From the NCBI GenBank assembly GCA_027923505.1, contig BROI01000001.1, positions 1,488,001 to 1,552,000 on the forward strand: 64,000 nucleotides of DNA. The letters are read 5' to 3'. Each line of letters starts with the position of its first letter. The first letter of the stretch is position 1. This DNA is from Mayamaea pseudoterrestris. Lineage: Eukaryota. Positions 1 through 10,700 of this stretch are shown here, piece by piece. Below the pieces are notes generated by a model. The model was not told the origin of the DNA, did no database searches, and saw nothing but the letters and a program-made list of their open reading frames with translations. Made by a program: the position numbers and the translations under genes.

Positions 1-75
1 AAACGTTTTTCAAGTCTCTCTCGCTTTGTGGAAAACCCAGCATTTTAACACTTTACGAATTACACTCTTATCATC

Positions 76-2996
76 ATGGCTTCCAAGTGGCACCAAAAGA
101 AGAATAAATTAGCTGAAATACAGTTTGAAAAGGATCTGCTCAGTCGGCCAGGTGAGTGGGTGAATGAATGTTACAATATTGCTTTCATGCAACTATATTC
201 GTAATAATGGCAGCAAATATCAAGTCGAAATAACATGAGATGAAACACCTATTTACTCACCATACATTATATAGACGACACGACGCAGGAGGTGCGAGGC
301 TTGAACGACGGCGAGTCGGAGCTCTTTGAGCGCAAGCAAAGCAAGGAGGAAAAAAAGGCGGCGGCCAAGGCGGCCCGAGAAGCCAAGCGCAAGGCCAAGC
401 AGGCGAGTGATGATAATGATAATGACAATGATAATGACAATTCGCAGCAGCAAGCCAACGTTAATCTGCATGACGCTGCGTCACTCGCACTCGAGCAAAC
501 CAAGCAACTCGCCGCCGCAACAACCTCACTGGCCGCCGACGACGGCTTGAACCACGACGCGTCCGACGCGTTGGCTGCCAGCGGCACCATTTGCACGTTT
601 GCGTCATCGGCGCGACTCGTCGACGCCCGGAGCCGCGACGTGTGCGTCCGCAACGTGACGCTGCAGCACTGCGGCGCCGTTTTGCTGCACGAGACGGATG
701 TTACTTTGAACCACGGCAATCGCTACGGACTCATTGGCCGCAACGGTTGCGGCAAGAGTACACTGCTCAAAGTGCTTGGTGCGAGGGCGTTGCCGATTCC
801 GCGCGGCATTGATATATTCTTTCTGTCCGAGGAAGTGGAACCGTCCAGTACATTGACGGCGCTCGATGCCGTCATGTCGGTGGATGAGGAGCGACTGGCG
901 CTGGAGCGTCAGGCGGAGGATTTGAACCATATATTGGCGGAACTGGCCAACAAGGAGGCGGACGGCGAAAACGTGGAGGACGGTGACGGCAAGACGTTTG
1001 AGGAACAAACGGAGGAAATCATGGAGTCGCTCAACATGGTGTACGAGCGACTGGATGCCATGGATGCGTCGACTGCCGAAGTGCGGGCCCGGTCGATTCT
1101 TCGTGGTTTGGGGTTTACGCATGAAATGCAGGGCAAGCTGACCAAGGACTTTTCGGGTGGTTGGAGAATGCGTGTCAGCTTGGCGAGGGCCTTGTTCATT
1201 CAACCGGTTTGTTTGCTACTTGATGAACGTGAGTGAGAGAGTTCGGATGGATTGTGAGTGAGTGAATGCAGTCTTCATCGTACTGAAAGCTAAAACGATC
1301 TTTTGCTTGTTTCTTTCCTGATGACACAGCGACAAATCATTTGGACATGGAGGCTGTCATTTGGCTGGAAGACTACCTATCCAAGTGGAACCGTATTCTC
1401 TTGTTGGTATCTCATTCACAAGATTTTCTCAATGGCGTTTGTACCCACATGATTGACATTCACCAAAAGAAGCTCCAATACTATGACGGCAATTACGATT
1501 CGTACGTCAAGACACGAGACGAAAAGCTAGAGAACCAATGGAAACAATACAAGTGGGAGCAAGAGCAAATGAAGAGCATGAAGGATTACATTGCAAGGTT
1601 TGGGCACGGAACGTCAAAGAATGCCAAGCAGGTATGTACCATACTTGACTCGTATCGATTCTTGTATCGCAGGCTATGCTCTAGCTAACCCCATCCGCCC
1701 ATGGACTCGTCTTCACAGGCTCAAAGCAAGGAGAAGGTGCTGCAAAAGATGGTGAGAGCAGGTCTTACGGAGAAGCCAAGCGAGGAGAAGCCATTGAACT
1801 TCAAGTTTGCTGATCCCGGACACTTGCCACCTCCGGTGCTTGCGTTTCACGACGTTTCGTTCGCCTATTCAAACTGCGAGCCGCTGTATACGCGCGTGAA
1901 CCTTGGCATCGACTTGGATTCGCGCGTGGCTCTCGTCGGACCGAATGGAGCTGGAAAGGTACGCACGTTCCATGGATTGGTGTATTCGCTCGCTGATGGT
2001 AATGTAACATCATGTCGCTAACTATGATTTTGGACTTGTACTATTTGGCAGACAACCTTGATCAAGCTCATGGCTGGAGAATTGCTTCCATCAATGGGCG
2101 ACATTCGACCTCACGGACACTTAAAGCTGGGTCGATTTACGCAGCACTTTGTGGACGTTTTAGACATGACCTTGACACCGCTCGAGTTTTTCGAAAGCTA
2201 CTATCCGGAGGACAGCCGCGAAGATTTGCGCAAGTACCTTGGCCGGTTTGGCGTTTCGGGACAAATGCAGGTGCGCAAAATGGAGGAAATGTCCGATGGA
2301 CAAAAGTCTCGGGTTGTGTTTGCCAAGCTCGGAAGAGACTGTCCTCATATATTGCTACTGGATGAGGTAAGAGATAAAATGACGATTTGAGATTGCTTTA
2401 CCGGTAGAGTTGTTCGTGCTTGAATGCTCACCAACATATCGCTACATTGACAGCCAACGAATCATTTGGACATGGAGTCCATCGACGCCTTGGCTGCCGC
2501 CGTCAACGACTTTTCCGGTGGCATGATATTGGTGAGCCACGACATGCGTCTCATTTCGCAAGTGGCCAAGGAGATTTGGATCTGCGACAATCGATGCATC
2601 ACCAAGTTCAAGGGCGACATTCAGCAATTCAAAATGACCATGCGTGATCAGTTGGAGAAGGATCATGACAAGGACGCTGGTAAGCTACGAGGAGATGCAA
2701 GTACGCTGACGAAATCGCAAGACGCAAAGGCAGTCAAGCCAAAAGTGACAAAGCCTGCTTCAACGCCGGCGCAGCTGCCACCAAAGACGCCGCAAGTGGC
2801 GCAGCAAGAGCCTTCGACAGTCGCCATTGAAACGTTAAAGATAGATGATGACGCTGCCACGGCAACGACGGTAGGCGCGTCTTCCACTGGTTCCTACGTG
2901 CCGCCGCACTTACGAAACGTTACATCCAGTGGCGGCGGCGGAGCCTACGTTCCTCCGCATTTGCGACGAAAGGCGCTGCAGGAGCAACAGTCGTAA
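76..2996 (+). CDS. ABC-F family ATPase (ABCF2/ARB1-like), 6 exons: 76-151, 275-1228, 1330-1631, 1719-1958, 2052-2366, 2454-2996
   Basis: Two NBDs ([50 protein letters not shown]) and no TM segments. GT-AG introns join all ORF pieces in frame; both DE|PTNH motifs are split by introns. Confidence 0.93.
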
Positions 2997-3063
2997 CATA
3001 ATAAAACGAAATCCTTAATAGACTAATCATGCTACTATTATCTACTTTTTTTATTTTTAGTAT

Positions 3064-3424
3064 TTACTTTTTGATGCGCTCATAGGTGGATCCCCACGCC
3101 ACGCCCACTCCAGTGGCCATGGACGCCGCCCGCATGCCTCCGCCGGACTTGAATAGGACGACACCCACCAAACCTCCAACGGCGGCGCCAATGGTGGTGT
3201 ATATCAAACCTAAATGACGACATGATGAAATGAAATAATAATAATATTGAGAATACTATGACATAGTCATGACAAGCATTGTATCCATTCATACGCAGCA
3301 ACGCACCAGTCGTCAAATGGTCCTCAATGCCGTCGGGAAGCTTCCACGATCGAGGCGCTGCAGCAGCAGGAGGAGAAGTTGGAGTCGATGATTTTGTGTC
3401 GTCGTCGTCCGGCATGCTTGACAA
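3064..3424 (-). CDS. MICOS subunit MIC10-like small membrane protein, 2 exons (3424-3307, 3209-3064)
   Basis: Splicing the GTGCGT...TTTAG intron gives ...DHLTTGLIYTTIGAAVGGLVGVVLFKSGGGMRAASMATGVGVAWGSTYERIKK*: two Gly-rich TM segments as in MIC10/DUF543. Confidence 0.7.
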
Positions 3425-3658
3425 TGTATAAAGAATTTAAATATAGAGAGACGAGAGAATGGAAGAAAGCGTTTGTTGTGATCGTGTTGGTGCGGAAATC
3501 GGATGTCGCGTCGCATCGTTACACACTATGAACCGTTGCGACATATTTGATCGTCACGTTGCTATTGGCGCGCCATTTTCACCATGGGATTTTGAGCGCA
3601 GCTCCTTCCATCGCAAGTCTTCTAAATCACATAATCTTTTAGCTACAGTGCACGCAGA

Positions 3659-4537
3659 ATGGATGTTGAAGCAATAGACTTTAAGAAACTATTGCGAGAA
3701 GAAAGGAGAAAAGCTCGCTTGGAGCTGCAGCAGCAAGCAAAGGCGAAACAAGTTAGCGAAGCATCAGCTGCCACCTCGCAACAGAATCTCAACAACATTC
3801 AGATTGATCCATTGCAAAAAACTCTACCGCCTTGGAACCATGGTTCCATTCCTCCTCTACCAGTTTTAGATGATGTTGAGCATTGCATACTACGCGATCC
3901 GCCGTTAATTCACTACGTGGCCGACTTTTTGCCGCTAAGCTATCAGGAGCAACTCGTCCATTGGCTATTGCAGCTACCGTACGCACCATTCAATGCAGCA
4001 GCATCCAGTAATACGACAAACGAACGCAATGCGGTGAATCGCTGGACCACTTTGCAGCATGCCAAGCGACGCGTCGCCTTGTTCACGCGCACTGCCGACA
4101 CTTCATTTCCCGAACCACTCGAGGAACTAGCCAATGCATTGGAAATGGCAATTTTTAATGACGCGACGAACACATTGCGATTCAACCACGTGTTGGTCAA
4201 CGAGTATCAAGCCAACCAAGGCATTCTGGCGCACACGGATGGACCAGCCTACGAAAGCTTGACGGCCACGTTGAGCATTGGATCCAGCGTGTTGCTGCAG
4301 CTGCAGTCGCGACAACATGATGACACAACAATGTCACGTTATGCGGTGCTGCTGCAAGGCGGTTCGCTCGTGGTGTTTCGCGATGGCATTTACAAAGACT
4401 ACTTGCACTCGATTGCGCAAAATGTGGAAGAGGAAGTTGCGGATGCGGCGAGCAACTGTCTCAATGTTCCGGGGAACGAAACGAAAACCATCCAGCGAGG
4501 CTTTCGCATCAGTCTCACGTTTCGATGCAAACGGTAA
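3659..4537 (+). CDS. 2OG-Fe(II) dioxygenase, ALKBH6-like
   Basis: NHVLVNEY..NQGILAHTDGPAY (HxD), YLHSI (distal His), RGFRISLTFR (RxxxxxR); single-exon 292 aa ORF. Confidence 0.85.
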   Translation: MDVEAIDFKKLLREERRKARLELQQQAKAKQVSEASAATSQQNLNNIQIDPLQKTLPPWNHGSIPPLPVLDDVEHCILRDPPLIHYVADFLPLSYQEQLVHWLLQLPYAPFNAAASSNTTNERNAVNRWTTLQHAKRRVALFTRTADTSFPEPLEELANALEMAIFNDATNTLRFNHVLVNEYQANQGILAHTDGPAYESLTATLSIGSSVLLQLQSRQHDDTTMSRYAVLLQGGSLVVFRDGIYKDYLHSIAQNVEEEVADAASNCLNVPGNETKTIQRGFRISLTFRCKR

Positions 4538-4708
4538 TGGATGAGTTGGAGGAGCTGTGATGCGGTTCTAGATTGTCGGCGTTTACGTTGACAGATTATA
4601 CTTGTCAGTTACTCGAATGCATTCTACACTATTACTACACGTTACACATTCATCATGGCTCCTAATTCTCAGCCACCACATTCATCATGCATAATGTTCC
4701 CACGTCAA

Positions 4709-4966
4709 CTAATCGCGAAACTTGGTGGCGCCGCGACGAAACATTTGCGTCTCAACGTTGTATCCTTGAATGTTGATTGGTTCGCCGCGTTCGAGCTGGC
4801 GATGGTAGGCCCGCAAAAAGTCGGGGTCGTAGCCGCCTACCCAGTCGTTGGAGCGGACGCTGGCGGAGTTTGATCCAATGATCATGGTTTCCTTGGTTTG
4901 TGGAGATGCGGTAAGGTTTGGTTTTTTGAGAGTCTCGGGAGAAACGGGTGGTGTCGTGTATGTCAT
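4709..4966 (-). CDS. small hypothetical protein (85 aa)
   Basis: ATG-started ORF with protein-like composition between AT-richer spacers; no recognisable domain. Confidence 0.4.
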   Translation of the reverse strand: MTYTTPPVSPETLKKPNLTASPQTKETMIIGSNSASVRSNDWVGGYDPDFLRAYHRQLERGEPINIQGYNVETQMFRRGATKFRD

Positions 4967-5430
4967 GATGGACGTAAAAGTGCAGATGCGATGGACTTGA
5001 TAGTACTTTTGCGATGCAAATCTAGAATAGTCCGTTTAAAGATTGTTGCGGGGAGTCTATGTTTATACTTGTAATGGTACTTTCGTGACCGGAGTTAGAA
5101 ATCATCTTCCGACCCGCGATCTACTGGTAGTCTTGGCGAGTCGTGGTGAGGAGGCATTGATATTCCCGGGCCATGCGACTGCAGTCGTGGCAGTGGCTTC
5201 ATGAATTCTAATTCTACATATCGACTTAACATCTTGGGCAAGACACTCTTCTGAGCTTATAAGCAATATGTAAACTGTCTTGCTTGCATCTTGGTGCGGA
5301 GAAACAAAAATGTGGAGGTAGGGAGCTACGAAACACTTCAGGAACGTTTGCTAACCTATGTAACTGCGAGACTGCGAGTCGATACAAAATCTAGCTTATG
5401 TTTACACTTACAAACAAAAATCACGTCATC

Positions 5431-6522
5431 TTAAAATGCAATGACAGTCCCAACGTACTCGTCAATCTCATTGTCTTCCTCGTCACTCTCATAGTGCAAG
5501 GCTGCCAAGCTTTCGCCGAGTCCCTTGATGAGCTGCGATCGCCCCATGTTTCGAAAGGACTCGTGGCCGGCAAGCTCCGCGAACGACTGCATCTCGTCTT
5601 GCTGCTGCGTCGTCGTTAAAAACTCGTCGGCCTTGACGGAAACGTTTAGTAAATCTGGCGACAGCTTGCCGCTCGACCGCGCCTGCTCGAGCGAACGCAC
5701 CATGTTAATAATGGTGTCCACATACTTCATCTTGGCAGAATGTTCCACTTGGCAGTACTCGTCGCGCGTCTCGAGTTCAGTCTGCAGCAACTCGACCGCG
5801 TGCTTGTAGTCGGGAATGATTCTGTGCAAATGCTCATTGGTGCGCCGCATTTCCGCCAGTCGCTCGGTTAGTTCGTCGAAGAGTTCGTTGCAGTTTGTTT
5901 GCGCCGATGCAATGCGCTCATTCTGATGCTTCAAATGCATACAAGCTTCCGCTAGCTTTTCATTCTTGACGCGCAGCGTTTCATTCTCATGGCGCAAGTA
6001 GCGAATCGTTTGCTTGGCTTTGAGGTACGTTGCGTTGACTTGCCGCTCGCGCTGGCGTTCCACTTGGTAGCGCTTGGTGAGCCGTTGCTTCAATTGGAGT
6101 TTGCGGTCGTTCAAATCGCGACGAATCTCGTCAAGATCGGCTTGTTTGCGTTGCTCGATTGTATCAATGCGATGCTGCAAATACAGTATACGAAACTTGG
6201 GTCGCTGAAGAAACCCGCGGACGATGCGCTGAATGCAAGTGGCGGCGTCCCGATTGCGTTTCGATGGGCCTGGCCTCGACTCAAATTTGCGGAGAGCCAT
6301 GCGCTCAATATCAGAGAGTATTGTTTGGGATGCTGGCTGCTTGATTGGTTTAGATCGAAAGACATTACAGCTGCTTGACGAATTTGTTACCGGAGTGGTG
6401 GAATTGTGAGCCGCGAAACGAAAGGTTGAACGACTATGCACCGGAGAGCTTGCCTCGCCATGGCTCATGGCAAGAGGCCGCTCGTTGAAGGACGAAGGGT
6501 TCATCATCATCATGGTAGTCAT
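5431..6522 (-). CDS. IQ-motif / coiled-coil hypothetical protein
   Basis: AATCIQRIVRGFLQR fits the IQ calmodulin-binding motif; long heptad-rich region follows. First ATG at about 6522. Confidence 0.7.
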   Translation of the reverse strand: MTTMMMMNPSSFNERPLAMSHGEASSPVHSRSTFRFAAHNSTTPVTNSSSSCNVFRSKPIKQPASQTILSDIERMALRKFESRPGPSKRNRDAATCIQRIVRGFLQRPKFRILYLQHRIDTIEQRKQADLDEIRRDLNDRKLQLKQRLTKRYQVERQRERQVNATYLKAKQTIRYLRHENETLRVKNEKLAEACMHLKHQNERIASAQTNCNELFDELTERLAEMRRTNEHLHRIIPDYKHAVELLQTELETRDEYCQVEHSAKMKYVDTIINMVRSLEQARSSGKLSPDLLNVSVKADEFLTTTQQQDEMQSFAELAGHESFRNMGRSQLIKGLGESLAALHYESDEEDNEIDEYVGTVIAF

Positions 6523-7001
6523 GTTGAATCCTTGTATTCGAAAAGGTGCGAGACGCGAGACGACGATTTGTTGAACTCGCACGTTTCGTCGCCTAAGGAG
6601 CTGACGTCACATTTTTTGGCGATGCAAATAGTTTTCACAATTCAGTCTTGCCCAGTCTTGTCAATGTCTCAGGGCAATTCTAACCAAGCAACGTCACTTC
6701 TCTTTCTGAGTCATTATGTGACACGTTTGCAGAATAAATGTCGGGGAATATCTATTTTACTATTGCCTTGATAGATTGGAGTCACTGGGACTTTTATTGG
6801 CGCCAGTAGATCATTGCCCTGAGGTCACGTTTCGATCGAATACGGACCGCGACAAGAGAAAACCGCCGCGCCTTTGACACGGGCGCACGCAAGGCCAAAC
6901 ACCAACTCCACACTTCCTTATCTGCCCGAAAGCCAGTAGTGATTCAACAAAAGCACTCGCTCCCGCGAATATTTAAGGACAAAGGCCTTTATTACCAAAT
7001 C

Positions 7002-7325
7002 ATGTCGTCTTCATCTTCATCCTCCTCCAATCTCAACCACAAGCACAATGAGTCACTCAGCGTCCTCGACCTGCAGGAGGCAAAGGGCGACTCGGTGAGC
7101 ACCAATAACAATCATCAGGATGGCGACGACGACGAAAGCGACTGCCTCAAGACTGGCATTGGCTACTACAGCATGACATCCTTTGACGAGCAGATGCGAC
7201 TGGCCAAGAAGCGGGAGGAGCTGCGACGCAAAAAGGAAATGGAAGCCAAGCTGGGAGGCTCGCGCGTTTCCATCAAGGATCGATTGAAAATGTTTGAAAA
7301 GAATTCAGCGTCAGCGTCGGGTTGA
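7002..7325 (+). CDS. small hypothetical protein ending in SIKDRLKMFEK
   Basis: ATG at 7002 (MSSSSSS...), charged helix, C-terminal motif shared with the ORF at 31400-32551. Confidence 0.6.
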   Translation: MSSSSSSSSNLNHKHNESLSVLDLQEAKGDSVSTNNNHQDGDDDESDCLKTGIGYYSMTSFDEQMRLAKKREELRRKKEMEAKLGGSRVSIKDRLKMFEKNSASASG

Positions 7326-7713
7326 GTAAGAAGTGCTGTGGTGGATGATGGAAAGGAGGCAAGAAGGACGGACGAGTTTGATGAGTGGCGGAGGAAGGAG
7401 ATGCGAGGTTAGTAATTAGTAGTGTATATAAACTAGGAATCGGTTTCGACAATTTCTTGTATCGGATAGTTTACTGCATGTCAACTGTGCATAGTTAGAT
7501 GCACGTATTGATTACCAGCACTTGAGCATTAGCATTGACTGGGTGCCATACGCCGTTCTACGCAAGCTTCGCACAATTCCTATAAAGAAACTGCAATGGA
7601 AACGTTGCATAAAGAGCGACGCAAACTTGATGCAAGCCTACATGTCGCAGCACTTGTTAGTGTACGAGAAATGGTGCAAGCATATACAGTATTAACTTGG
7701 TGCAATTTCCATT

Positions 7714-10700
7714 CTACGCTTTTGTCAACAATGTAAACGAGCCCGTTCCATGAGTCACAGGACGTCCCAAGACAATGTTTCCACTTGGGCTCGTCAGGTC
7801 GTCGCTCTCGTGCGCCATGGCGGCATTCTTCAAAAAGTGACATGTTGTTTCGTAACTCATGCGCAAAAAGGGCGAACTCGACTGCTCCATGCCAATGCGG
7901 TTCATGGCCTTGTAGCCGCCGTCAAATGTCATGTAATCAGCAATCAACGAAAGGTGACGAGGATCAACTTCAATACCATATGCCCCGAACACATTCTTGA
8001 TTTGTTGAACAATGCTCATGCGGGCAGCCTCTACTCCATAGGCACATCGCATGGCCCAAACATGGTTCGAAACCAAGCGGTCGTGGTCAACGCAGTCCAA
8101 TTTCCATATTTCCTCGAAATTGACACCCGCCATTTGCAAACACTTTCCGCGACCGCCATCCTCATCGTTACAAAAGGCTTCATCAATGTTCTTTCGAAAG
8201 CGAACCAGCGTCTTGGCGGCAGTCTGTTCGACAATGCCAACCATGAGCAGTGGAGGAGCTTCCGGTTCCACCTGGAGTGCCTGCAAGGCAATGGAAGTCT
8301 CGTTAATAGTAACTGAATCGGCATCATCGTCATACATGCCCATGTCCGAAGCATCGTCGTCGTCAGCAGCTGCTGTAACGCGTCGTTCAGCAGTGCCACC
8401 GCCTCCAGTTTCATCCGCGCCATCCTCGCCAGCATCCTTGTCGTAGTCGTACGTGGAACTTGCCGCTCGCCGCTTGTACTTTTCACGGTCAGCTCCATCC
8501 TCCTCCGCGTCAACATCCTTGTCGTCGTCAACGTCGTCGTCGGCGTCTTCATCGTTGAGTTCGTCAGAATTAGCGTTGGCTCGCTTGGACTTTGCTTTAT
8601 TGTCACCTTCATCGTCATCGTCGGCACCTCCTCCGCCGCCGCCGTGAACTTCTGACACTTCACCGCCAATAATGTCAAAGTTTTCGCCAGATCGCTTGAT
8701 TTCCAGCTTCATGTTGCGCGAGAGCGCTGGAATGAACCGCTTTGTTACAACCTTGGCAATATCACTCAGTGACAAGCCAAAGGCCTCGCGAATTCGCTCC
8801 GTCGGGTAAAAGCGCAGCGTGACGTAGTAGTTACGCATCCATTCGCCGGCGTCGCCCTGCTGCAAGCACTCTCGGACCGTGACTCCACGCTTCCCAGCCA
8901 AGAGCTCCATTAACGTGAGCTTGGAAAAGTCGCGCGTCAAACGAAGTGCCTGACGGTCCGTAACGCTTTCCAGCAAGGGCACTGACATGGTGGGTGTCTT
9001 TGGTTCGCGCGACGCAGTCATGATGATTTCGCGCAAACGGGGAATACCCAGTGTCACGTTTGCTCCAGCTCCGGCAAGATGAAACGTGTTCAATGTCATT
9101 TGCGTCGAAGGTTCACCAACCGACTGGGCGGCGATACTTCCGACAGCTTCGCCGGGAGCGCAGAGTGCTGACGCGTACTTGGCAGCGACTAACGAGGACA
9201 AGTCATGATTAGTGACTTTACTCTGGTCCAAGGCTGACTTCACTTGTCGCGACTCCATGGCGCGACAGGCAGCCGATGCAACCTTCTCCGATACGCAGGC
9301 GCCGCTAGTGCCCACACGATGCCCTCTCGTGGGGAGTAAAATCGGGTCAGGCGCTGCCAGACGAATCATGGTTGCAATATTCGTCTGGGCGCTTGTCTTT
9401 CTTGTCCCACAGTTTCCTAACTCCAACTCGATTGGTACGCGCTTCGATACAACTCCGTCGCTTTCATATTGGAGATCGTAGCTTCCTTTCTTATGCACTT
9501 TCAAGACCTTTGCGCTGAACCAGCCCTGAGCAAGACATCCATGCTTCCACTCGCTGCCCGACTTGAGTCGCCGCGCTTGGACAATATCGCTGACCTTTAT
9601 GATTTGATCCATTCCTTGCTGCAATTGACTTCGTAGCTCTGCATCTCCCGCTGCAACATCGAGTGTAGACCCATCCAATCCGCTGTTTCGGAGCTTGAGC
9701 GAGTCAAAATTACGAGCCATATACTCAAAGGAACTTGTCGAGCAGTCCAGATACGGCGCTTGCGTCGGATCGAGGCCATCCTCACCGTATAAGAACTGAA
9801 CAACTCCACCCTCGGCATTTCGAACAGTGTAATCATAACAAATTTTGAGTTCCTCCAAATGTTTGACCAGACATCGCTGTAAATATCCAGATCTCGACGT
9901 CTTGACTGCAGTATCGACAAGACCTTCGCGACCCGCCATGCAATGGAAGTAGTATTCTTGCGGACGGCATCCGGTGAGAAACCTATCCATGACAAAGCCA
10001 TCTGCTCGAGGATTCGGATCATAAGGAGCGAAGGATGGTAGTGTACGCCCACTGCTCAATCTAGGAACTCGGCGACCTTCCAAAGCTTGCTGTCCCAGCG
10101 CGCAAGTGACTTGAGATTGATTGACAATAGAACCTTTCGCACCAGTCGTTGTCATGACACCAAACGTATTGTGTGGAAATGGAACGACCAATCCACGAGG
10201 TAGGCACTTCTTTACAATTTGCGACGCCAACGGATTAAGCTGTCCCTGCATGAAGCTATCCAACGCGGCAAAGTTCTCCTTTCCTTCATTACCGGACAAT
10301 AGCTGACCAATCTTTGCTGATGCAGCGGCCGCTTCCACAGGCTTTAATGGCTTTGCCGTGCCATCTGCCTCTGCAATTGGTAGAATTGGCACCTTGCCAC
10401 CTTCAGAATCAGCCCAAGCCTTCGCAGCACGTGAACCAAGGTTGTATGCTTGTTGAACAAGCGTTGCTCGCTCTTCGTCGGCTTCCTTCGTCAGCATTAA
10501 ATCTTCAACTCGACAAGAGTGGCCAGCGTAATTCTGAATGTAAGCGGTGAACAGTCTCCCAAGCGCATTGAGCAGTAGACCAGCCTTTTCTGGACCATAT
10601 GCTTCGTAAATGGCATGCACAAGCGAAAACTCTGTAGCACCAAACGCGTTCTTATCCAGCACACCGCGAAGCAGCTCCCCATCTCGAATTAAGACCAAAT

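Noticed and set aside
408..441. (GATAAT/GACAAT)n repeat
   Set aside because: Simply encodes a DN low-complexity linker in the ABCF protein.
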